Assembly (NCBI GenBank): GCA_963716785.1 | Contig: CAVQUW010000006.1 | Location: 7,810 to 71,809, forward strand | Origin: an uncultured delta proteobacterium | GTDB taxonomy: Bacteria; Desulfobacterota; Desulfobacteria; Desulfobacterales; SpSt-501 | Reading direction: 5' to 3' | Length of the DNA: 64,000 nt | Part shown: positions 43,810-52,629 of the stretch, piece by piece | Layout of the letters: each line of letters opens with the position of its first letter | Numbering within the stretch: the first letter of the stretch is position 1 | Notes under the pieces: model-generated | What the model saw: only the letters and a program-made list of their open reading frames with translations | Databases searched by the model: none | What the model was told of the DNA's origin: nothing | Made by a program: the position numbers and the translations under genes

Positions 43810-44961
43810 CTAAATCACTTCGGCGATGATCTCCGTGATGTCCTTTACCTCAAGGCTTTCACGATCCTCCAGGGTCAGCCTGCTCTCCTCGAAATGGGTG
43901 ATGCAGTACGGGCAGGAAGTCACGAGCACCTCGGCCCCGACGCCCTCGGCCTGCTTGATTCTGAGATCGGAGAAGCGTTCCCCCTTCAGCGTCTCCATCC
44001 AGATCCGGCCGCCTCCGCCGCCGCAACACAGACTGGCCACGCGCGTGTCCGGCATCTCCCTCAGCTCAACCCCCCCTATTTTCCCCAGGACCTCCCGCGG
44101 CGCGTCGTACACGCCGTTGTGCCGACCGAGATAACATGGGTCGTGATAGGTCACTTTCTTGACGAGTTCCTTGTCGAGCTCGAGCCGGCCCTCGTCGATG
44201 AGCTCGGATACGAATTGGGAGATGTGAACCACCTCGAATTTCACGCTGAACTCGGGGTACTCGTTTTTGAAGGAGTGGTAGCAGTGCGGGGAGGAAACGA
44301 GGATTTTCTTCACGCCATGATCGATAAAGGTCTTGATGTTTTCCCGGGCCAGGCGTTTGAACAGTTCCTCATCGCCCGTCTTGCGGATGCTTTCGCCGCA
44401 GCAGTTCTCCTTGGTCCCCAGGATCCCGAAATCCACCCCGGCCCGGTTGAGGATGCCGGCGGTGGCTCGCGCGACTTTTTTCAATCTCGGGTCGTAGCAG
44501 AGGTAGCAGCAGGGGAAGTACAGGACGTCCATCCCCTCGGTGAAGGTCTTCACCGCAAGGCCTTCGGCCCAATCGGCCCGTTTTTCCCGCTTTTCATTCA
44601 GGGGATTGCCCTCCGCCGTGAGGCTTGCGCTCACCCCGCGGACGGGGCGGACGGAAGTGGGAAAGACCCCATATTCGGTGGCAATCCGGCGCAGGGAGAC
44701 CCCGGATTCGATTTGTTTGACGTCCCGGGGGCACTGCTGCGGGCATATTCCGCAAGTCGTGCATCGCCAGATGGTGTCATTTTCGATGTCCGTCAAGCCG
44801 AACGTGGCTTCACGGATGATCTTGCGCATGCTGAAGGTGCTCACCCGGTTCCACGGGCAGACCGCATCGCACAACCCGCACTGGTAGCACCTTTTGAACG
44901 CTTCGCCGCCGTTCGCTTTGATGGCGTCTATGATCTCTTTATAGTCGGCTACGTTTTCCAC
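43810..44961 (-). CDS. bamD: BamD (HdrBC/HdrD-like Fe-S, CCG-domain protein)
   Basis: CYQCGLCDAVCP, CTTCGICPQQCP, ENCCG, YHDPCYLGR, LCCGGGGG and TSCPYC. Confidence 0.88.
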   Translation of the reverse strand: MENVADYKEIIDAIKANGGEAFKRCYQCGLCDAVCPWNRVSTFSMRKIIREATFGLTDIENDTIWRCTTCGICPQQCPRDVKQIESGVSLRRIATEYGVFPTSVRPVRGVSASLTAEGNPLNEKREKRADWAEGLAVKTFTEGMDVLYFPCCYLCYDPRLKKVARATAGILNRAGVDFGILGTKENCCGESIRKTGDEELFKRLARENIKTFIDHGVKKILVSSPHCYHSFKNEYPEFSVKFEVVHISQFVSELIDEGRLELDKELVKKVTYHDPCYLGRHNGVYDAPREVLGKIGGVELREMPDTRVASLCCGGGGGRIWMETLKGERFSDLRIKQAEGVGAEVLVTSCPYCITHFEESRLTLEDRESLEVKDITEIIAEVI

Positions 44962-44994
44962 TGGCTTATCGAACCTCTTCTCGCGCTTTGGTGA

Positions 44995-45531
44995 TTAGCC
45001 CTTCTTTGACATCCGGGCAATGGTGTCCAGCAGTTTCTCCAACCCGTATTTGTCGGCCAAGGATTCCAACCCGACTTCCAGATCCTCCTGCTCCTCCTGC
45101 TCCTCGACTTCCTCCTCCCGTTCCTCGTACGTCAGGGCATCCACCATGCACCACTTGACGCACAGGGGCTCTTCTTCGCCTTCGCACATGTCGCATTTGA
45201 GGGGAAGACCCGAATCGGGCTCTTTGAAATCGCCCCGGGAGGGGCAGGAGGCCCGGCAAAAGGCGCACTCCTCGTATTCTTTGCCGTCGATCGTGTACTT
45301 GTTCCGGCCCATGCACTCGGCCGGCGCATGCTCGCCCGCGTGCACCGGCACATAGATGTCCTTCAACGGGTCGTGAATGACCCGGATACGGGATCGCGCC
45401 GGGTTGTTGCTGCTGTATTTCGGCGCCGCGTGAAAAGCGGAACAGATCAGCTCGCACGCCCGGCAGCCGTTGCATTTATCGACGTCGATTTTTATCGATT
45501 TGACTATTTTCTTTTTTTTCTCGCCTTTCAA
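44995..45531 (-). CDS. bamC: BamC (polyferredoxin-like subunit)
   Basis: CNGCRACELICS, CAFCRASCP and CDMC..PLCVKWC; follows bamB. Confidence 0.88.
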   Translation of the reverse strand: MKGEKKKKIVKSIKIDVDKCNGCRACELICSAFHAAPKYSSNNPARSRIRVIHDPLKDIYVPVHAGEHAPAECMGRNKYTIDGKEYEECAFCRASCPSRGDFKEPDSGLPLKCDMCEGEEEPLCVKWCMVDALTYEEREEEVEEQEEQEDLEVGLESLADKYGLEKLLDTIARMSKKG

Positions 45532-45560
45532 GGTTCGCGCCCTCCACTCTGTTTCTTCTC

Positions 45561-47553
45561 TTATTCCGCCGAAGTTGCCTGGGGTGAAGCACCCTCGTCG
45601 TCCGTCAGGATTCCCCTCCGCACGAACTCCTCGCTCACGTAATCCAAACCCAATTCATGCAGGGACTCCTTGGTGGGGATGCCGTCGTCGTTCCAACCCT
45701 TGAATTGGTAATACGTGTCCAGGAGCTCCTTTTCGAGCTCGGGGAATCGTTTCTTCCAATGGTTCTCCGGGGGCTTCTCGTCTTTTCTCCGCATACCCGT
45801 CTGATATTAATGGCCCTGACCAAGGTCCGGTATCTCTTGGTGGCCTGGGTCAGTTTGTCTTCATCCATGTCGATCCCGGCGCCGGCCGAGATGAACTTCG
45901 GGTAGTTGTGGATGTGATACGGAGGTTTCAGGGGAAACGACGACAAGCCGGCGCACATCCCGAGGGCGTCGTCGATGTAGTGCATCCGCTCCTGCCAGTC
46001 GACGATGTCGCAGCACATCTCGACCGTCGGGTAATAGGGGATCGAGTTTTCCCCGCGCGGCTCCCAGTCCAGAAAATACTGCTTGAACTTCTCGTCCGGG
46101 ACCTGGAACCAGTCCTTGACGAATTCCTCGCGCTCCTCGCGCGTCATAAAAGGCGCCTGCGGGAACTGCCCTTCGATCTGGGTGATGTTGATCTTCTCGC
46201 CGGTCGAGTACATGAGGAAATAGATGGGATTCAGCATGGAGAGCTTGAGCGGCAGCTGCTCGTGTTTTTTGATGTTGTTGTGCGCATAGGCTTCCGCGCC
46301 CTTGCCGATCTGCTTGGCCGCCCAGTAGGTGCCGTTGGCCAGCACATCCCCGATCCCTTCCCGCCGGACGATCCGGTCCAGCAGCCAGTAAAACCTCTCC
46401 CCGTTGTCGGCCGGCAGCCCGGCCATGTCCTCGTCGGTCAGAATGCCGTCTTCGTAAAGCTCGAGGCCGAAGGCCATCACCTGCGGCGCCGAGTAGCCAT
46501 CCACGCCGTACTCCGTGGCCTTTTGGGCGATGGTCAGGCCGAATTCAAGGTCGGTCATGGAGGCCATCGTATAGGTCAGCTTCGAGAAGCATTTCATCAT
46601 GTAGGTGGGCATCCCCGGCGCGGAAATGGTGGCCCCGCATTTCATCGGGCAGTTGTAGCAGCTGATCAGCCGCGTCCGCATCCGGTCCAGCGTCTCCGTC
46701 CACTCCTTGGCGACTTCCTTGTTCCAGAAATCCTTGCGGCGGTGGCGTGAATTCCCCCACATGAAATTTTCGGTGTGCCATTTCTCATCATGCACCTTCA
46801 TTTCCTGCGGCGATCCCAGGCCGGCCAGAATGGGCATGACCCCCGGGATCGGGTTTTGGTTTCGAAATTTGATGTAGGTCATCACTTCGTTGCAGAGCTC
46901 CAGGAATTCCGCCGGCCGCGCGACGGTGATGTCCTTTGTCCCGCGGACAACGATGGCCTTGACATTCTTGTCCCCCATGACGGCGCCGATGCCGCCCCGG
47001 CTGGCGCTGGACCGGCCCTGTTCGATGGAGGCAAAGTAGACCCTGTTTTCGCCGGCCAGGCCGATGGACGCCACCTGGGCTTTCGGCTCCTTCAGCTCCT
47101 TGCGAATGAGTTCGGCGGTTTCGACGGCGCCTTTACCCCGCAAATGAGAAGCGTCCCGTATTTCCACTTTGTCGTTGTTGATCCACAAATAGACCAGATC
47201 GGGGGACTTGCCGCGCAGGATCACTTTGTCATAACCGGCATATTTCAACTCCGGTGCCCAGAATCCCCCCATCATCGAAAAGGCCATCAACTGCGTTTGA
47301 GGCGAAATGGTGGAAACGATGGTGCGGTTACAACCGGTGGCCGGTGTGCCGCACAAAAGACCGGCGCCGAATATGAGCAGATTATCGGGAGAAAAAGGTT
47401 CGACTTCGGGGGGACCCGATCCCACAGTATCTTGGCGTTGGTACCCAGGCCCCCCAGATAAAGCTCGGTGTCCTTGGGGTCGGTGGCCACCCTTTCGATG
47501 TTGCCACGGGTTAGATCGATTTCCAGATTGATCCCTGTCTCTGCGTACCTCAT
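45561..47553 (-). CDS. bamB: BamB, tungstopterin catalytic subunit of class II benzoyl-CoA reductase (AOR family); frameshifts near 47410 and 45795
   Basis: N-terminus MRYAETG..ERVATDP..LGGLGTNAKILWDRV, active-site stretch SPQEMKVHDEKWHTENF, W-ligand region YMMKCFSKL and NNIKKHEQLPLK closely match Geobacter BamB as I recall it. Confidence 0.93.
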
Positions 47554-47629
47554 TTTTTTCCCCTTCTAGGTTGCCTGAATCCTTGGCGTACTTTTTGATC
47601 ACGCATGGGTTGCAGGCACTTAGCTCAAA

Positions 47630-47658
47630 TGAACCTTCACCTGTCGGGTGAAGGTTCA
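47630..47658. promoter_or_regulatory. Perfect 12-bp hairpin TGAACCTTCACC-TGTCG-GGTGAAGGTTCA in the bamB leader
   Basis: Seen directly. The role (attenuator, RNA processing or operator) is unknown. Confidence 0.5.
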
Positions 47659-47713
47659 AATCGTTTTCGATTCCGGACTTGCGGTTCATATCGCATTCAG
47701 AGCCGGCTTTCCA

Positions 47714-47914
47714 TCAGTCGATGCGAATTATTTTGACATGCTTGCCTACCCAATCCAATGGCAGGTAGACCCGGCCGGTGTTCCCGCTCGATTTGACTTC
47801 CTTTTCGATCAGCTCTTCCCCGAAGACCCCGAACTTGGTCTTGGGGGTATCGTCGCGGGCTTCCGGCCTCCCGCCGGGCACTTCCAGGTTTATTTCTTTT
47901 TTCGGGGAGACCAT
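47714..47914 (-). CDS. Small DUF2080-family protein (AbrB-like), 66 aa
   Basis: EKEVKSSGNTGRVYLPLDWVGKHVKIIRID pattern; ATG 47914 after AGGGAAG. Confidence 0.7.
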   Translation of the reverse strand: MVSPKKEINLEVPGGRPEARDDTPKTKFGVFGEELIEKEVKSSGNTGRVYLPLDWVGKHVKIIRID

Positions 47915-48092
47915 ATTCTTCCCTGACCGCGGGAATAAATGGAGTTCCTTCCGGCCCGCATCCAATGACATTCCCCGGTGGGTTCCAGCCAAGTTCCCGA
48001 TGACTGGGGGGATCATCCACAACAGGCGAATCCGTGGTTATTTTTACCGATGACCGGCGTTGGCCCCATGATCGGCGACAGCAGATCAATGG

Positions 48093-48153
48093 CTATAAGG
48101 TAACTATAATTTAGCTATATCGTATTTATAGAGAGTTGCCATAAGTCTGTCAA
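48093..48153 (-). promoter_or_regulatory. Sigma70 promoter for the DUF2080-bam unit with 11-bp phased YTATA repeats
   Basis: Minus strand TTGACA (48153-48148), 17-bp spacer, TATAAA (48130-48125). CTATA/TTATA occurs at 48093, 48104, 48115 and 48126. Confidence 0.7.
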
Positions 48154-48534
48154 GGAAAAAACTCGGCGGGAAATGGGGAAAGGAAAACAAATTGGGGACG
48201 TTCGTGCAGAACATGAATAACAACTGCCCGCCTATCTGCGATGCAGCACTCCACGGTCACGCGGCGATCCACCTAAGGTTTCACCTTCCGGCTGCACAAG
48301 CGCCTATGTGATAGCTCACGGGCGTTGACGGGATGGGATGGACCGGGAACCGGTGCGCCGGAAAAGGGATTGAGGCAGTTCATCGACAGCGCCGCCGGCG
48401 GCGGTGCTGTGGGTTTGGTGGTTGCCGCCATGTTCTCGACAAGCCCGTCGCCGTCTAGATCGGCAACGGCCGACCAGTGCTCCGCCGGGGTCCTGCGGCT
48501 TTGATGGTACCGAACGGGCACCCGGCTTTCAGCC

Positions 48535-49312
48535 TCAGAAGGCCGTCTCCCCATGCGCTGCCGTAGACGATTTCAGGGTGAAGCGCCAGGCGCAGTACCA
48601 CTCCTGTGGGTGCGGGTCAGGCGGGCAGCCGATGCACTCGGTTAGGATCCGGTCGTCGATGCTGCGGGCGAAATAGGTGTACTCGACAAGGCCGGCGGAC
48701 TTGCACGGGTAGTCCTCCAACCCCTTGCGCTTGCGGGCGGACTGGACCCGGCACTCGTCCATGCGGAAAACGAGACTGTCGGGCCCCTCATCGAAGGCCG
48801 ACTGGATGTTGATCTGAGAGTAGATCCGCAAGCCCAGGGCGCGTTTCAGCCCCGCCAGCCCCGGCCGTTCGGGCAGCTTCAACAACCGCTTGATGGACCA
48901 GGCCTCCACGGGCGAAAACTGGGCCCAGACGGAGTCGTTGCAGCGCTTGGCGTCGTTCATCCCGTCGGCGAATTCCACCGCCTGGAACCAGACCCCGTCG
49001 TTGGCCAGCCAATTGGCGCACAACCCTTCCAGAACCCCTTTCAGCTCTTCGCGGGGCATGGCGACCAGCGCCTTGGGCAACCCGTTTTCAAGTTCGAAGC
49101 CGAACAGTTTGGCAGAGACGCTTGAGCTGGATCTCGAAGCTGCGCTCCGATGCGTTTTTCAGCACCTCCAGCGCCCGCGCCGTCCCCATCTGGTGCCGCA
49201 CCTCGGTGAACCACAGACCGTAGTGCAGGAGGGAGCGGTGGAGCACATCCAGCACAAACCGGGCCATTTCCTCGCGGCTGAGATCATCGACCTTTTCAGC
49301 ATCCACACCCAT
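48535..49312 (-). CDS. DUF6125-like cytosolic protein (two related repeats), frameshift near 49110
   Basis: HYGLWFTEV and NDGVWFQAVE repeats, CRVQSARKRKGL..PCK and CIGCPPD..WYCAW. Confidence 0.65.
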
Positions 49313-49420
49313 CAGCCCCTCTATGCGGTCACCGGGCGACGGGCATGGCGCAGCGGGACTGAACCCGCCCTTCCTGCGCGGCGTGCATCTCACCATCGGC
49401 GCCATGCCCCGTGCCGGTGT

Positions 49421-50593
49421 TTACTTGGCCCGGTATTTCTCGGGCAGGTTCGCCTCTTTCCCCCAGTCGGCCGGGAATTTCTGGCCGGCCGCTTCGCCGA
49501 GTTTCTCCTTGAGCTTTTTCGAGCCCGGGCGGGCGTACTTCAGGTGGCCCTCCTTCAGGGTGCGGCCGTTGATCGCGGCCTCCGAGCGCAGACGGATCCC
49601 GACGGTTCTTTCCATCTGCCGGCCGAGCCACAGGACCCGGTCCACGTCGTAGCCGTGCTCGATGCCCATCTCGTCGATCTGCACCAGCATGTCCTCCAGG
49701 CAGGTCAGCCCGACGTAGCGCGGGTCGTCGTAGTAGTATTCCCCGGTGCCCGGCACCGGGCAGTCGTCGAGGAAGTTGGCCGGCTGGCCGCCCAGCCCGC
49801 CCAGGGTGGCCTCGAAGTGGGTGATGCCGGCCTGCAGGGCCGCCAGCACCGAGGCGGAGGCCACGCGCTTGGTTTCGTGAAAGTGGGCGATGTGCAGGCT
49901 CGGTGTCCGGGATCGCGTCGAGGATCATGGAAAAGTAGCGGTAGACCTCGGGGCGGAGGCGCTGCCGTCGTGGTCGGCGTGCTCGATGTCGCGGCGCCGA
50001 TCTCCAGCCAGCGCTTGGTGAACTCGACGGCGTCCTTCAGCTCGGTGGCGCCGGCGATGGGGCTGCCCCAGATGGTGCTGACCGTGCCGCACATCTTCAT
50101 GCCGGCGTCGTTGCACTTCTTGATGGCGCGCTCGCCCTCCTTCCAGTACTCGCGGCAGGGTGCGTCCCGGAGTTGGCGAAGTGGTGCTCCTCCTCGGTGG
50201 AGACCATCATCAGCAGCCGGTCCGGCCCGACGCCCTTCTGGCGCAGCTCGATCGCCCGGTCCACGCCCGGCTCGCGGATGGTGACCGCCGTGATGCAGAC
50301 GTCGTCGATGTTGATGCCCTTCTTGGCGCAGCGCTCCCTGAACCGGTCGCTGCGCAAGATGGGCCAGCAGCTCCTCGGCGTCGCTGAACTGCGGCATGAG
50401 GTAGGGGTTGCCGAGGTTGGTGACCTCGATGTTCCGGCAGCCGGCGAAGATCAGTCTCCTCGGCGTAGAAGATCTTGGCGCGGGTGGAGATGAACTTTTC
50501 CAGGTGCTGGAACCCATCGCGCACCGTGATGTCGCCGATGGTCACTTTCCGGGGCATGCGGGGGAAGATTTTCCAGTAATCGTATTCGGTCAT
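49421..50593 (-). CDS. HMG-CoA lyase-like (HMGL/DRE-TIM) enzyme, multiple frameshifts
   Basis: DITVRDGFQH, HADHDGSA, HFHETK and FEATLGGLGG across several frames. Confidence 0.8.
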
Positions 50594-50613
50594 TGCAGTG
50601 CTCCTTTGCAAGT

Positions 50614-50773
50614 AGGGTTCAAGGGTTCAAGGGTTCAAGGGTTCAAGTGAAAGACTTGGAAAACCGACGATTCGAGTGAGGAAGCAGGCCCGCTTGTTGA
50701 TCCTGGTAAAGGCTTAGGCCCTGGCTGCTATCAGAGTCTCTTCCTTGCAACTCACTCGACCCCTTGACACCCT
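50614..50773. repeat. Octamer tandem repeat (GGGTTCAA)x4 with degenerate inverted arm TCACTCGACCCCTTGACACCCTT
   Basis: Seen directly in the intergenic region. Confidence 0.75.
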
Positions 50774-50778
50774 TTTCT

Positions 50779-51561
50779 TTACTTACCTTTGTACACCGGC
50801 TTGCGCTTCTCGCGAAACGCCGCCAGGCCCTCCAGACGGTCCTCGGTGGGGATGGTCACCCAGTAGGCGTTCGACTCGATCGCCAGTCCCGTGGCGATGT
50901 CGGTCTCGAGCCCGTGGTTGATGGCGTACTTGGCCTGCTCGATGGCGATCGGCCCGGTCTCGCAGATCATGGCCGCCATTTTGCGGCACGCGGGCAGAAG
51001 TTCCTGGGGCGCGCACACCTGGTTGACCAGACCGATCTGCAGGGCCTCCTGCGCGTCCACACGCCGGCCGGTGAAAATGAGCTCCTTGGCCTTGCCCCGG
51101 CCGACCAGCCGCGGCAGCCGCTGGGTGCCGCCCGCCCCCGGGATGATGGCGAGACGCGTCTCGGTCAGGCCCATGGTGGCCCCGGTCGAAGCGATCCGGA
51201 TATCGGATGCCAGCGCCAGTTCCGTGCCCCCGCCGAGGGCGATGCCGTTTACGGCGGCGATCACGGGCTTGTTCAGCTGCTCGATGGCGGTGAAGAGATT
51301 GCGGATGGTGAAGATGAATTCCCGGACCTGATCGGGCGACAGGGTGGCCCGCTCCTTGAGGTCCGCACCGGAACAGAAGGCCTTTTCGCCGGCGCCCGTG
51401 ATGACGACCACCCGGATGTCGCGCCGGAACCGGTAGCCCTCGATGGCGTCGCGCAGCGCGAACAGCAGGGGAAAACTCAGGGAGTTCATGACCTCGGGCC
51501 GGTTCAGGGTCAGCGTCACGACCCCCTCGGCCTCCTGCACCAGCAAAACCTCCTCGCCCAT
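50779..51561 (-). CDS. Enoyl-CoA hydratase (methylglutaconyl-CoA hydratase-like)
   Basis: LNRPEVMN, AFCSGADLKE, ALGGGTELAL, ETRLAIIPGAGGTQRL and FREKRKP. Confidence 0.92.
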   Translation of the reverse strand: MGEEVLLVQEAEGVVTLTLNRPEVMNSLSFPLLFALRDAIEGYRFRRDIRVVVITGAGEKAFCSGADLKERATLSPDQVREFIFTIRNLFTAIEQLNKPVIAAVNGIALGGGTELALASDIRIASTGATMGLTETRLAIIPGAGGTQRLPRLVGRGKAKELIFTGRRVDAQEALQIGLVNQVCAPQELLPACRKMAAMICETGPIAIEQAKYAINHGLETDIATGLAIESNAYWVTIPTEDRLEGLAAFREKRKPVYKGK

Positions 51562-51618
51562 CTCTCCTCCTTTGCCCGAAAAATGGAAATATGGCTTTAT
51601 TTCAAAAGTTTAACTTTT

Positions 51619-51667
51619 TGAGCGAGCGCTCAGTCGTATTGTTAATTAAACCCTTGCAATTTGTCAA
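51619..51667 (-). promoter_or_regulatory. Leftward sigma70 promoter with operator TGAGCGAGCGCTCA
   Basis: TTGACA on the minus strand (51667-51662), an AT-rich -10 region, and the operator at 51619-51632. Confidence 0.6.
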
Positions 51668-51728
51668 TACCTTTGTTGAAACCCCTGTGCGCGGCTTTTT
51701 CACATCGTTTGGGCATGGGCGAATCGCC

Positions 51729-51780
51729 TTGACATCCTTTTTCGGGCCATGCTAATAAAAATTGATTGAGCGCTCGCTCG
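51729..51780 (+). promoter_or_regulatory. Rightward sigma70 promoter with operator TGAGCGCTCGCTCG
   Basis: TTGACA at 51729-51734 and TGCTAATAA -10. The operator at 51767-51780 is the reverse complement of 51619-51632 (13/14). Confidence 0.65.
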
Positions 51781-51843
51781 GATTTTTCGACCTGCGCCCG
51801 CAGCGGCACCGCACCCCAAACCCGGACGGGCTTCGACCCTGGC

Positions 51844-52629
51844 ATGAACGATCTCACGCGCACCACCGACATCCCCACCCAGGTCAAAAACCCGGACCTG
51901 GTCGATCGCCGACGGCGGCAGATCGCCGAGGCGGCGGTCACCCTGTTCATCGACAAGGGGTTCCACAAAACCACCACGCGCCAGATCGCCAAGGCGGCCG
52001 GCATTTCGATCGGATCCCTCTACGAGTACTACAACTGCAAGGAAGACATCCTGTACCTGGTGTGCGACTCCATCCACTCCCAGGTCGAAAAAGGGGTCTC
52101 CGCCGCCATGGCCAAGGCCTCCGGCGGCCGGGACGCCTTGGCCAAGGTCATCCGGGAGTATTTCATGGTCTGCCACCGGATGAGCAATTTCATGCTCCTG
52201 ATCTACCAGGAAACCCACTCCCTGCCCAGCCAGTGGCAAAAACGGGTGCTCGAAAACGAGCTGCGGATCACCGGCCTGCTGGTGGAGGTGCTGGCGCGGC
52301 TGTCCCGCTCCGGGGAACTGCCGCACCTGGACGGCGGGTCGATCGAAATGGCCGCCCATGACATCGCGGTCCTTGGCCACATGTGGACCTTCCGCCGCTG
52401 GCACCTCGGGCGGCACTACCGCATCGAGGACTACATCGCGGTGCAGACCGACTTCATCCTGCGCATGTGCACAGGCAATTACGACGACGACGGCGGCGGC
52501 GGAGCGAGGCCACCCGCAGGCACGCAACCCCATACGGAATCGGGCATGGGGCTCAGCGCATGGGGTAAAGGGCTCCCTACTTTTAACCCCGTGCCCTCGG
52601 CACCCGGTCACCCCAAGGAGGCAGAATGA
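51844..52629 (+). CDS. TetR/AcrR family transcriptional regulator (true C-terminus uncertain)
   Basis: [45 protein letters not shown]. Confidence 0.9.
   Translation: MNDLTRTTDIPTQVKNPDLVDRRRRQIAEAAVTLFIDKGFHKTTTRQIAKAAGISIGSLYEYYNCKEDILYLVCDSIHSQVEKGVSAAMAKASGGRDALAKVIREYFMVCHRMSNFMLLIYQETHSLPSQWQKRVLENELRITGLLVEVLARLSRSGELPHLDGGSIEMAAHDIAVLGHMWTFRRWHLGRHYRIEDYIAVQTDFILRMCTGNYDDDGGGGARPPAGTQPHTESGMGLSAWGKGLPTFNPVPSAPGHPKEAE

Noticed and set aside
47714-47914. DUF2080 as evidence of a transposon
   Set aside because: No transposase, terminal repeats or target duplication nearby.
47554-48090. Moco/tungsten-cofactor riboswitch upstream of bamB
   Set aside because: I could not match the known consensus by eye. 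An Infernal/Rfam search would settle it.
48307-48320. CRP/FNR-like site TGTGATAGCTCACG
   Set aside because: The spacer is 4 bp rather than 6 and the site is far from the mapped promoter.
52480-52629. Extra C-terminal domain on TetR
   Set aside because: The sequence is low-complexity and runs through a repeat element; probably a lost stop or unstructured tail.
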